Source of the DNA: Octopus bimaculoides
Taxonomy: Eukaryota
Assembly (NCBI RefSeq): GCF_001194135.2
Contig: NC_068993.1
Span: forward strand, 1,372,744 to 1,436,743
DNA: 64,000 nt
Direction: 5' to 3'
Below are positions 38,720-50,900 of the stretch, piece after piece. Every line of letters begins with the position of its first letter. The stretch's first letter is position 1. The translations under genes and the position numbers were made by a program. The notes below the pieces were generated by a model that had not been told where the DNA came from, did no database searches, and saw nothing but the letters and a program-made list of their open reading frames with translations.

Positions 38720-39371
38720 TCACTGAGTTGACCTGGAATTATATATCATTCTTCTGAATTTCTCAGCAGAATTTTCTTTGGGTTTTCCATGACCTGGAGG
38801 ATGAGGTAAAAATCGGTACTGGGAGAAGCCTAAGCATAGATTTTCACTGGAATTTGGTTTCTTGATATTCTTGTCAACAGCATCCACATTTCGGTTTGGT
38901 TTTCTGAAAACAAAAGTTGTTGTTTGTTAAAACTAGGATGATGCTTTGCCAATATTGCACATTCTGACCATATTTCACTCTGTGTTGTCTAATTCTCTTT
39001 AGAAAACCATTCTCTATTAATATGAACCGTCGTGCCTAGAAAAATGAACATTTTTATGCTCTTTTGATCTTAAGATTTTAGTATTTTCAACTCAGGAAAG
39101 AGTGACTGGTGCCACATAAAAAGCATCTGGTATACTCTGTACAATAGTTGGCATCCAATAGGAAGGGCAACATCCAGCCATAGAAACCATGCCAAAGCAG
39201 ACAGAGGGACTTGGTGTGGCTCCTAGCCTTGCCAGCTCCTATCAAAATGTCCAATCCATGCCAGCATGGAAAACGGACGTTAAATGATGATGATGCTTTC
39301 TTTATACAATTAAGTTGACCAAAGCTGTGTGAGTGGATTTGGTAGGTGGAAACTGAAAGAATCTTGTTGTG

Positions 39372-39403
<32 letters not shown>

Positions 39404-42400
39404 ATGTATGTGTCTAAGGCTTAAGACACTTGCCTGCGGTGCCACACAGTGGGACTGAACCTGAAACCTTGTGGTTGGGAAGCTATACTTACTTAGCTGG
39501 TAGCTTGAGTGCAGAACTGGGTGACGGTGTGGATTTCCTGCTGGTTGATTCTTTCAGTAATTCCTCCTCTAAAAGTTTTCTTTCAAGACGTAATTCTGAA
39601 AAAAAAAAAAAAAAAAAAAAAAAAAACAAATTACATAAAAAAATAGTCACACAAAATAAATATACTACTACTACTACGTCCTAAATATATGACAGTGTTT
39701 ATGATATAAACTTACGACATCATAAATATTGATAGGACTTATTTTGCCAAAGGTCAAATTTTGTTTGAAGTTAAAGAGAGGTAACAATCAACACATTGCA
39801 ATAATGACATTTATGCACACATCTAAGGCAGAAGTTTACAGAACCTCTCATAGGAGATGAACTAGTCTATGTGTGTGTGTGATCATCGTTGTCCATTTTT
39901 TGATTATATATACGAGGGGGTGCTGAAAAGTTCCTGGCTTTAGGTAAAAGAATACAGGTGAATTAGTTAATTATGGTTTTATCCAACATCTTCCCCTCTG
40001 ATTCACACTTATTGCAGCAGGTCTTCAGTTTTCCGAAGCCTTGTAAAAGAACTTGGAAGGTTGGGCCTCCAACCAGGCCTTTCACAATACCCTTAAAGCC
40101 AGGAAGTTTTTAGCACACCTCATATATCATCATCATTTAACGTCCACCTTCCATGCTAGCATGGGTGGGATGGTTTCACAAGAGCCGGCCAGGCAGGAGC
40201 CTATACCAGACTTCTGTGGCTGTTTTGGCAGGATTTTTACAGCTGGATGCTCTTCCTAACACCAACCACTCAGCAGAGTATATATATATATATATATACT
40301 TATATTTGATGTATTTCCAAAGAGATTCCATCTGCCAATTCCCATGCACTGCAGCCACAATCTGATGTTGATGTGGGTGGCATGTACCTGAAACCCAGGT
40401 GTGCCATACAGTGGAATTAAACTCAGAGCCATGTGCTTTCAAAGTGTATTCCTCAACATGTCTGCCTCTATCTTGTCCTCTCTCCTCAATCATCATTATT
40501 ATGATTAAACCTCTAACCAAGGCACATAAATACAAAACTTGGCAGAAAATTGGTGTGCAAAATGAAGAAATCAACCCAGAAATATCTCACCTGAGATTGT
40601 AGGAATTACTTTCTTGGAAGTGGAAACAGTTTCAGACACTGATTGTTCTGTGACATCTAAATTATTCTGTAGAAGCTCAATATTTCTAAGAAGTTGTCTT
40701 ATTTCATCTTCTAGTCTTGATCTACGGAAGAAAGTCACAAAAACCAGGAATCAAAAATAATTCAAAATTCAGCTGAAACAATAAACTGTAATCATGATTC
40801 TTATGCGAATTACATTCAATAGCTTCATTTGAAGATCCTTAAAAAATTTCTTCCATTAACATACCAGGGCACTGCATACTAACCCGGATTTTGTTTAATT
40901 GATTTCTGTTTGCCAAACTGCTAAGTTACAAGAGATAAAGCATCAACACTACTTTGCTGAGTTCAATAACATATATTTTGGAAAATTGATTCGAGAACTG
41001 ACCTTAATTCTTGTGCAACATCATCAATCTTTAAGTAATCCAAGGAATGTATCATGGCTTGGATTTCATCTTTCATTGAATTCGAACATCTGCAGTGGAA
41101 AATATGTACACATTAGAAAGCATTTCTTGAGAAAATTTCATAAAACATTAGAAAGTAGTGCCAATCACTTAAAATGGACAGGATTGGGAGACGCAAGAAG
41201 ACTTGGTATGAAGTAGTGAGATCTGATCTCAGGATATTGAACTTAACAGAGGAGATGACAATCAACCATGGTATCTGGTGATATGAGGTTCTTGAGAAGA
41301 CCCAACCACCTCAGTGATATTAAGGTCCAGAAGTGCTGTGTATTATGTGCTCCCCACCCACACATTACATTAATTCATCTCCATATCCACTCACTCCAGT
41401 GAACCAAACGACATCCCATCTTGTCTTTCCAACTCTTCCACCTGCAACCCAATGTCCCTTTGTCATCTCTCTCTCCATAATGGTATTGGCAATGGCAGTA
41501 ATGGTGGCAGGTTCTACTGCTTTACTGAAGATTGATGAGGTTGAGTATGTTATTAATCTTCTCTACTCAGTTTAAGATTTTGTCTATCTTAGAGATTGGT
41601 CCCAGCAGACTTATTCTATCAAGGATGAAATCTTCCGCTGTGTTCCGTTGATAGACTTTAATAGAAAACTTAGCAGCACCAATGATGAAAGAATGGTTTA
41701 TCTATAAACAAAAGTCTAACATTTACTGGAATTTTTTTCCCGAGAAGCTCTATGAAAAATGTGAAAGAATATTTCTACTCACTGATTAATATTTGAAGAT
41801 ATTGATTGGTTTTTACTCATCACAGGTGAAATGGAATCATATTGCTTTGTTTCTTGGTAAATTTCTGCAAAACAATAATTTCATACTTCAAGATATATTC
41901 AAAACTTGGTATTGATGTTGATGGATTTGGTATTACAAGACAAACATGGAACAATAATGATAAACTCGGTACTGACCTAATTGATATAGAGAGCCTAAAT
42001 ATTTTAATCAAAGAAAATTACAGCTGTAATGAGAGGGAAATAATTACTTTAAAAGGTAATTCTGTATAAGACAAGCAAGGGAGACAATTCTGGAAATTAA
42101 AATTACAAACAATATAATGGAGTGATTCTGATCTTTGGCAGAAAGGTGATAACTCTGGATATGTTTCAGTATTATCAGACCTCATCAGTGGAGCCTAGTC
42201 TAAGCTGGCACTACTAGAGTAACACTGTTAGAAAACAACATAGAAGTAAAAGAAAGCAGAGATTACCTTGCTGTTGTGAAACATAGTCACGGATTTCTTT
42301 GTTATATTTCGATAGTACTTGACTGGAATCCCTAAAATAGACCAATATGATGTAGAATTAGTTTAATTTCTTAGTCTTGAATTAATATAGATTTTTGAGC

Positions 42401-43410
42401 AATGAAATTAACTAGATATTGGATAATTAGGACAATTAAAATAATTAAGATAATACGTAGTAATATATATAGGGTGGCATGTGAACAATTCATTGGACTG
42501 ACTCTGTGCAGGTGGCACGTAAAAAACACCATTTTGAGCATGGCCGTTGCCAGTACCGCCAGACTGGCCCTCATGCAGGTGGCACGTAAAAAGCACCCAC
42601 TACACTCTTGGAGTGGTTGGCATTAGGAAGGGCATCCAGCTGTAGAAATCTTGCCAGATCAGATTGGAGTTTGGTGTAGCCATCTGGTTCGCCAGTCCTG
42701 AGTCAAATCGTCCAGCCCATGCTAGCATGGAAAGCGGACGTTAAATGATGATGATGATGATGCATAATAATTCAGTTAATTAAAGAAATTAAAACAGTAA
42801 TCAGTAATTACTTACAATCCATTATACTCTGCCTTCTCTATGATACTCGAGATCAGAAAAGCAATTTCCTTAATTAAAGTCTCTCTTGCTGTTGGAGGTT
42901 CAGGAATTCTGAGTGTGACTTGGGACAGATTCCTTTCTTGATATTCTTTGAAAATCTCTTGCAAAGTTTCAAGCTACAATATATTTATATATACATTATA
43001 TACACACACACAAGCAAGGAAAAATGTTGATATATAAAAGTCTGTCTCCAAAAATAACAATATTATGCAAAAACAGAACATTTGTTTATAATACAAGCCT
43101 GAACTCTCAAATTTCAACTGGATTTAGACTCACTAAATCTGAAACTGATTTATTCCCAGTTTTGTGTTGGTGATGATGATGATGATGAGGATGAATTAAT
43201 AATAATAATAATAATAATAATGCCTTCAAATTTTGGCACAAGGCCAGCAAGTTTGGGCTGGAGAGGAGGAGTTGATTACACTGACCCCAGTGCTTAACTG
43301 GTATTTATTTCATTGATCCCTAAAGGCAAAGTCAGCCCCAGTGGCATTTGAACTCAGCACATAACAACAGACGACATGCTGCTAACCATCTCGTCCAGCT
43401 TACCACCCCA

Positions 43411-43449
<39 letters not shown>

Positions 43450-43625
43450 GTTTCTAATTGAGGTACAAGCCACCAATTTAAAGGTGGGGGTTAGTTGGTA
43501 CCATCTACCCCAATACTAGCACTTTATTTTACCGTTCCTGGAGCTGGAGTTGACTTTGGCAGCATTTGGAACCAGACTATAAAGAGGCAGAAAGAAGGTG
43601 GAAAAGCAATTTGTTCTCCAAACAA

Positions 43626-43665
<40 letters not shown>

Positions 43666-43884
43666 TCCTCACATTATACACAAGTGACTGGTGTATATAT
43701 TCACCTCATTCTGGAGTTGAATACTTTCTTCAACCAAACCAACACCTAAAATATTCTTGATTTCTTGTCTCTCAGAATCTGGGACTGTCTGTTCTATCAG
43801 CTTCCACACCGATAATGGAACTTTATAAAGATGTGAAGAAAGAGGATGAGGTAGATACGCTGCTTCTGTGGTATTTTCAGTCAT
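38720..43884 (-). CDS. CCDC24: Coiled-coil domain-containing protein 24, 329 aa
   Basis: Eight phase-consistent GT-AG exons on the minus strand: 43884-43705, 42973-42816, 42331-42267, 41864-41783, 41089-41003, 40721-40591, 39595-39493, 38903-38720 (990 nt). SVWKLIEQTVPDSERQEIKNILGVGLVEESIQLQNE, PEPPTARETLIKEI, LKIDDVAQELRSRLEDEIRQLLRNIELLQ and ELRLERKLLEEEL follow the CCDC24 pattern. The low-complexity exon 41864-41783 is supported mainly by phase. The acceptor at 43902-43901 implies a 5' UTR exon. Confidence 0.8.
39913..40122. mobile_element. Mariner-type MITE, 210 bp, TA target duplication
   Basis: Left TIR CGAGGGGGTGCTGAAAAGTTCCTGGCTTT. Right end AAAGCCAGGAAGTTTTTAGCACACCTCA. TA at 39911-39912 and 40123-40124. 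Confidence 0.85.
42506..42762 (+). mobile_element. RTE-like retroelement 3' end with a (GAT)n tail (well-preserved copy)
   Basis: Same family as 4060-4490. Ends CATGCTAGCATGGAAAGCGGACGTTAAATGATGATGATG. Confidence 0.8.
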
Positions 43885-45365
43885 GTTTCAATAGAAGAAC
43901 CTGAAACAGATATTGACATACATACATACATTAGATACACACACACATGCAAATGTGTATGCGATGTATTAATAGAATTAATTATACGACATTAGGAAAA
44001 ATAAGTAAAATAAATGTTTTTTTTATAAAACACACAGTTATGACCTAGATGTGTAAAAGTAGATTCCGTGTTTAAATCGGTTTTCCTTTTTGTGACCAAG
44101 AAGACAGATCAGCTTCACTATTTCCTGTGATTCTTCTTCAAACAGCCACAGTCAAGCTGCATCTCACACTGTTGTTCCATGAACTTCTGTCTACCATTAC
44201 CTTTGGTAGACCCTCAGTTCCATGTTCTGTGTGATCTCTACCGATAACACCAATGTATTCGAGTGGTTTTCTTCTTTTAATAAGGTACAGAAGTCTCCAA
44301 AATATAACATCCATTATGGCCTTCTGTTCAGTTTGATAGCAGTGGCCAGGAAAGCAAAAGACCAGCCTTGTTGACTTTGATAAAATACTTGATTGCTAAA
44401 TGTTTCACAGCTTGTTAAAGGTACTCTAAGCTAGTCCCTTGTATGTAAGGATATCTTTGTTAGCAATGCAGGGTTCAAGTTACTTGAAATCACTAACCTC
44501 CTTGATTTGTATTCCGTTATTGAAACAAATTGGCAGATGGAACCAAATTTGGCTGATTATTTACCACTTCATCAGAGATCAGTCGCTCATTTCCTTGGCC
44601 ACAGAGAGACTAGTATCTTATAGCCAGAGCTAGTATCAACATAAATTAGGGTGGAACTAAATTGGTCTCTTCAAATTTAAATAGCAGTATTGCAAGTGAT
44701 TGGCAACTTGAATTAATTAACAAAGGCACTTATATAGGATTAAGAAAAAGAAATAATTCATGTTGCCAATGTTTGTTCAGTTCCAGTCAAGTACTGGGAT
44801 TCTGACCCCCGAACTTTACTGATCCTGGAGGGATGAAAGGCAAAGTTGACACAGGCAGAAATTGAACTCAGATTGTAACAAATCAGAAGAATTGCCACCG
44901 GACACTTTTGCTCTAATGATTCCACTAGATCAACACCTTAATGAACTGGAGATTGGTACTCAGATGTTGAATGTCTCCCACGATAATTAACAACCAAATA
45001 TCATAGCGTATAATGTGCAGAATGAGACTTCTGACGGCAGCCTGCTGTCCGCTCTCACAGAATCTACCAGAACAAACAAGACCGAACTTTCTGAGAAGTA
45101 AAACAATAATAATAATAATAATAATGAGAATGATAATTGCCAAATTTGGCACAAGATTGTAATTTTGAGGACAGAAGGGTTGATCATTTATTGCAGCCAA
45201 CTTTGCATTTCATCCCAGAGCGAAGGTGTGTTTACTTAATACATGGGAATTCTAGCAATAGATATACTGATAGTTCTCTCCGAACCATATTCTTAAACTT
45301 TCAGAATCAAAGAGTCAAAATGTAAAAAGAAATGAAGTAAACGATGTCTCCATGTTGTCACTTAC

Positions 45366-45600
45366 TGTCAGCCCAAGAATTCACTCGTCTATTGTTCCTC
45401 GTTTGATAGCAAATGTCTCTAGCAATTTGAATAGGTTGCCGTTTGGAATAGAAACTTGCTGGACAAATGCTGAAAATTCCTAGAAATGCCCTCAGAGTTT
45501 TTTCTGAAATAAAAACCATCACTTTAATAGAGATTACGTAAAACTCATTGGAATGAAGTAAAGAATCAATTTGGGAATCCAAGCTTGTTTAATGTTTGTT
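45366..45600 (-). other. Candidate 5' UTR exon of CCDC24
   Basis: Strong minus-strand donor ACA|GTAAGT at 45366/45365 that could join the acceptor at 43900. The 5' boundary is unknown. Confidence 0.3.
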
Positions 45601-45780
45601 TACATTGGTAAGCTTAGTAACGAAGGGAGATAACTGTGGAATCAACTAAGGGAAACAACTCAAGGTGATCAACGTGATAGAATTTTTCTCTTAATTGATG
45701 AAAAAAAAATTACTGATAAATGTTAGTGACTCAAATAAACGAAAAATATACTTCTCTCTCTCTCTCTTTTACTCTTTTAC

Positions 45781-45965
45781 TTGTTTCAGTCATTTGACTG
45801 CGGCCATGCTGGAGCACCGCCTTTAGTCGACCCCCAGGACTTATTCTTTGTAAGACTAGTACTTATTCTATCGGTTTCTTTTTGCCGAATCGCTAGGTTA
45901 CGGGGACGTAAACACACCACCATCGGTTGTCAAGCGATGTTGGGGGACAAACACAAACACACACA
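45781..45965 (-). mobile_element. SINE 3' half (family ending CCAGCATGGCCGCAGTCAAATGACTGAAACAAGTAAAAGA)
   Basis: Recurs at 46740-46915 (+), 50560-50745 (-), 52480-52650 (+), 32050-32160 (-) and 56400-56460 (+). Confidence 0.75.
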
Positions 45966-46648
45966 CACACANNNNNNNNNNNNNNNNNNNNNNNNNNNNN
46001 NNNNNNNNNNNNNNNNNNNNNNNNNNNNNNNNNNNNNNNNNNNNNNNNNNNNNNNNNNNNNNNNNNNNNNNNNNNNNTATATATATATATATATATGCCC
46101 TTTATATAAATATATATATATATATATAATTATGTGTATTTCTTCTATCTTAATGAATAAAAATTCTTCTGATAGAATAAATGGGTTAATAGAAACCAAT
46201 GTAGCAAAGAACACAAAATAACTGTGAGAAATATTGTGTCGATGTCATGAAGTAGAACCGGACATGTTTTGAGTCTGTATGTACGTTGGTCATTCGGTCG
46301 TATCTGTTTATATTCTGCTACTGTGTTGTGTCGTTCATGCTGAATACATGGTTTTGTGTTGAAATTAATGTTGTCTCCATTGTAGCTAAGAATAGACTAC
46401 AACTTCTAAGAATCGCATGAAGCAAGAGTGAGTTGACAGCTCATGGCTAGGGGTATGGCTATAAATATTATATGTATTCCTTTTCTCCAGGGAGGAAATA
46501 AGATATTGGGAGAAGTCTATTGGATATAAGTAACTGTCTATAAAAAGAGGCAGGTTAGAGGAAGACTTTAAATCATGACGTTAATTACCAGTTAAAGGGC
46601 AAGACACTAAGAAACCTAAGATGTTAATATAGAGGAAACTTTATTAGG

Positions 46649-46651
<3 letters not shown>

Positions 46652-46722
<71 letters not shown>

Positions 46723-46740
46723 CTCTGTGCGCGCGCGCGT
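46652..46740. repeat. (TA)~31 followed by a short (GC)n tract
   Basis: Long pure TA run and GCGCGCGCGCG, between the divergent CCDC24 and LRR-like genes. Confidence 0.95.
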
Positions 46741-47955
46741 GTGAGACCACTGCTTGACAATCGGAGATGATTTATTTACGTCCTTGTAATACAGCGGTTC
46801 GGCAAAGGAAACAGATAGAATAAACATCAGGCTTTAAAAAATAGTATTCGATTAAAAATTCTTCAAAATGGTGCCCCAGCTTAGCCACAGTCTAATGACT
46901 GAAACAAGTAAAAGAAAAAGATGATTCATGTCGGGCGTACCAACTGATGCAACTGGTACTTAATTTATCGGCCCCGAAAGGATGAAAGGCAAAGTCGACC
47001 TCGGAGAAATTTGAACTCTGAGCATAAAGACAGACGAATGCCAGCTCGCCGGCTTTTCTCGTAAAAACTATATTAGATAAAATAAAGTGTTACCATACTT
47101 GAAATATATTTGATATAATTGTGAAGTGTCGTCCTTATATTTATTTTATCGATTTCTAAATATCAAACGGCTCAATTAAATATATAATCCCCCATCCGTA
47201 CACACATACACACGAGACCATCTCCTACACAGTTTGTCTTCTAAATTACATTCTTAAAGTATTAGCCAACCAAAAAATACAGTAGGAGACACTTGCGCGG
47301 TTACCGTGCAGGAGAATCGAACTCGGAACTACGTAGACACGAAACAAACTTTTTTTTTAACCACGTGACGATAACTGCGCCTCTTTTTTTCTTCATAGAA
47401 AATGAAGAACTTCTGAAACCTCGGCTTGGTGAGGTTAAATCTTTTTTTTTTTCTTGTGTAGACACAAAGGACGGATAGTTTAAGGGAAGTGAGAACGGAA
47501 TGTGTGGTGCTCATTCATTTCCCAACATGAAATCCTCTTCAGAACTATGACATGAGAACTTTGTCCCTTAAAAATTACTAAACGGCATAAATAACTGAAA
47601 TACATTCGTTCCACTGGTTTTACTGACTTGAAAGAAAAAGAAGTTATCAAGTATTCGGTTTGTAATCTTTTAATTCGTCATTCCTGTCTTTTAAATGGCC
47701 CTCAGTGGTCTTTTATGTGTTACTGGGTTATTCCACTCGGAAACTGACTCTTAAAACAGGAACTATTACTCATCGCAATGTGTAAGATTTATTCTTTGAT
47801 TCCAGTCGAAAATATGACTCTTTTTGCCCGCTTACCATTTGACTTGTATTCTTCATTCTGCACAATAACTTTAAAAAGAAACGGTCGACATCGTTTGGAG
47901 AGGAATTTTGCAATTCGCTTCTTTCGTTTTCACAGTTATTTTTACCAATTCTATC

Positions 47956-50900
47956 ATGATTAATGAATATCTCAGTTTGTTCTTCTTAACGATTTTATTC
48001 CATACGTGTGTCCATGGAACGACAATATTTATTGAAGACGAGTGTGTTTGGAGAGAGCAGGCAAAGCTCATTGACTGTGATAAGAAATCATTTCAAAGTT
48101 TACAGTTTCGTAGGAGCCACCCGGGGTATACAACATTGTCGATAAAAGAAACACCTTTGAAACAATTAGACTTTAATATAAGCCATTTACCTGATCTAGA
48201 AATCATTGATGCACGAAGAACTAAACTCAACTGTCGAAAAATTAATTTAAGAATTTTGGAGATAGTGGAGCGCATAATTGTCGACCAACGGACGTGTTTA
48301 AACTCAATTTGCTGCCGAAAATTACAAACATTGTCGAACTACGACCGAGATACGAAAGGAAATCACGAAGAGGCGATGTCTAACCCTGCTGCGTTGATCA
48401 GCCTGAACCATTCTGAGCAGTTCCAGTCTGAAGAACCTTTAGATATCGATGTTACATCAGGGATTCAAAGCAAGAACGACACGAAGTCAGCTTACAACAT
48501 CATAAGACAGGAAGTACTAGTGAACGGTGCCAAAAGTAAATCAAACAGAAATACCATTAGTATTTCTACGGAAATAAAAATAAATTATGACCAACCCATC
48601 GCTGTTCCTCCTCAACCAGGAACTGGAACCGGTATTCTTATACCTGTAGGTAAGTCAAAGACTTTATTTCTCATTCACAATAGCTTCCTTTATTTCAATA
48701 ACCACACTCAGAATTTACATTATCCAACGTGTCGTTGTTTTATTAGAATGGTAANNNNNNNNNNNNNNNNNNNNNNNNNNNNNNNNNNNNNNNNNNNNNN
48801 NNNNNNNNNNNNNNNNNNNNNNNNNNNNNNNNNNNNNNNNNNNNNNNNNNNNNNNNNNNNNNNNNNNNNNNNNNNNNNNNNNNNNNNNNNNNNNNNNNNN
48901 NNNNNNNNNNNNNNNNNNNNNNNNNNNNNNNNNNNNNNNNNNNNNNNNNNNNNNNNNNNNNNNNNNNNNNNNNNNNNNNNNNNNNNNNNNNNNNNNNNNN
49001 NNNNNNNNNNNNNNNNNNNNNNNNNNNNNNNNNNNNNNNNNNNNNNNNNNNNNNNNNNNNNNNNNNNNNNNNNNNNNNNNNNNNNNNNNNNNNNNNNNNN
49101 NNNNNNNNNNNNNNNNNNNNNNNNNNNNNNNNNNNNNNNNNNNNNNNNNNNNNNNNNNNNNNNNNNNNNNNNNNNNNNNNNNNNNNNNNNNNNNNNNNNN
49201 NNNNNNNNNNNNNNNNNNNNNNNNNNNNNNNNNNNNNNNNNNNNNNNNNNNNNNNNNNNNNNNNNNNNNNNNNNNNNNNNNNNNNNNNNNNNNNNNNNNN
49301 NNNNNNNNNNNNNNNNNNNNNNNNNNNNNNNNNNNNNNNNNNNNNNNNNNNNNNNNNNNNNNNNNNNNNNNNNNNNNNNNNNNNNNNNNNNNNNNNNNNN
49401 NNNNNNNNNNNNNNNNNNNNNNNNNNNNNNNNNNNNNNNNNNNNNNNNNNNNNNNNNNNNNNNNNNNNNNNNNNNNNNNNNNNNNNNNNNNNNNNNNNNN
49501 NNNNNNNNNNNNNNNNNNNNNNNNNNNNNNNNNNNNNNNNNNNNNNNNNNNNNNNTGGGAGGGGGTAATTTTTTTTCTTTTTTGCATATTCGTAATCTCC
49601 GACGTCTAAAACGTAGGAATCCGAAAAAAAATATTATATTTACGATTATTTAAGGCAAATACAAGTAAAACACACATTCTTTTCACATTAATGTCTTTGC
49701 TTGTATTTAATTTCGATTTGTATATGTTCGTCAATTCGCTACGACCTCTTTAAAGTAAACAAAATTCAAAATTTTAATTAGTGTGGGTGAAATAATTTTT
49801 TTTTTCTTTTTTTGCATATTCGTAATCTCCGACATCTAAAACGTAGGAATCCGAAATTTTTTTTCCAAAAAATGCGTTTTTCAAGGAGAGGTGCGAAACT
49901 TCATTAGCCCCAGATTTGACTATTATCTTTAGCAGGTCAAGCGACCACATTGGATCGTTAGCCTCTTCGTCAGTTTTGATGTATCAGATAGATATATTGT
50001 CAAAGATATTCCAGTCGTGACCATCTTCTATGTTATTATTATTGAGTAGTCTTATTTTTTATCACGTGCTTTTCACTGCACTACCGAGTACAGCTGTGTG
50101 TGCCGTGGGTTTGTTGTGGTGCTCTTATTTTCACTGTATTGAAAGTGTAGGACGTGTGCGGTGCCTAGTGGTGCTATTTTCTGTATGTTATATATCCTTG
50201 TTAGTCCTGCTATTTTTATATTATACCTAATACGCCTACTAGAATAGGAATTGTTTCTGTTTTTAGGGTCCACATTCAAGTCACCTCTATTTCCAGATAT
50301 GTGAACCCCCAAGGGTCGTCTGGGCCCCGGTTGAGATAGAGGGCTCTTTGTTTGCTCATCAGTGTTGTTTACTGTTTCATGCTCTAACGGCTGTCAGTTC
50401 AATCTTCTGTTCTGCCTCAGTGCACCTGGGGCCTAGTGTCCCAGAGTCTCTACACTTCATGCTCCATTGATGAAGTGGTGAAAAGGAATCTCCGAATGCT
50501 GGACCTCACTGAGGAAACGACAAGGGACCAGGAAATGGGGTGATTTACTGTACCCGTATTATTTCAGTCATTTGACTGTGGCCATGCTGGAGCACCAACT
50601 TTTGTCGAGGAAATTGACCCCCAGGACTTATTCTTTGTAAGCTTAGTACTTATTCTATTGGTCCCTTTTTCCAAACCACTAAGTTACGGGGATGTAAGCA
50701 CATCAGTTGTCAAGTGATGTTGGGGGGGACAAACACAGACACACAAACATATAAATACACATACATATATACGACGGGCTTCTTTCAGTTTCCGTGTACC
50801 AAATCCACTTACAAGGCTTTGGTTGGCCCGAGGTGCCACACAGTAGGACTGAACCTGGAACCGTTTACTTGATGTGTCGAGCTAAGTAAAATCGCTGTCT

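Noticed and set aside
44445-44454. ATATCCTTAC on the minus strand, resembling a second U12 donor
   Set aside because: No exon or matching branch site could be placed, and the ordinary GT-AG pair 45365/43901 explains the region.
45340-45660. RFX X-box upstream of CCDC24
   Set aside because: Only half-sites (GTTGCC, AGTAAC) are present, with no properly spaced full motif.
47908-49653. 581-aa ORF in the supplied track
   Set aside because: Inflated by 801 N bases and a TTG start. The real coding part ends at the donor at 48649. Other ORFs spanning N runs (10873-11266, 45781-46221, 60030-60613) are artefacts of the same kind.
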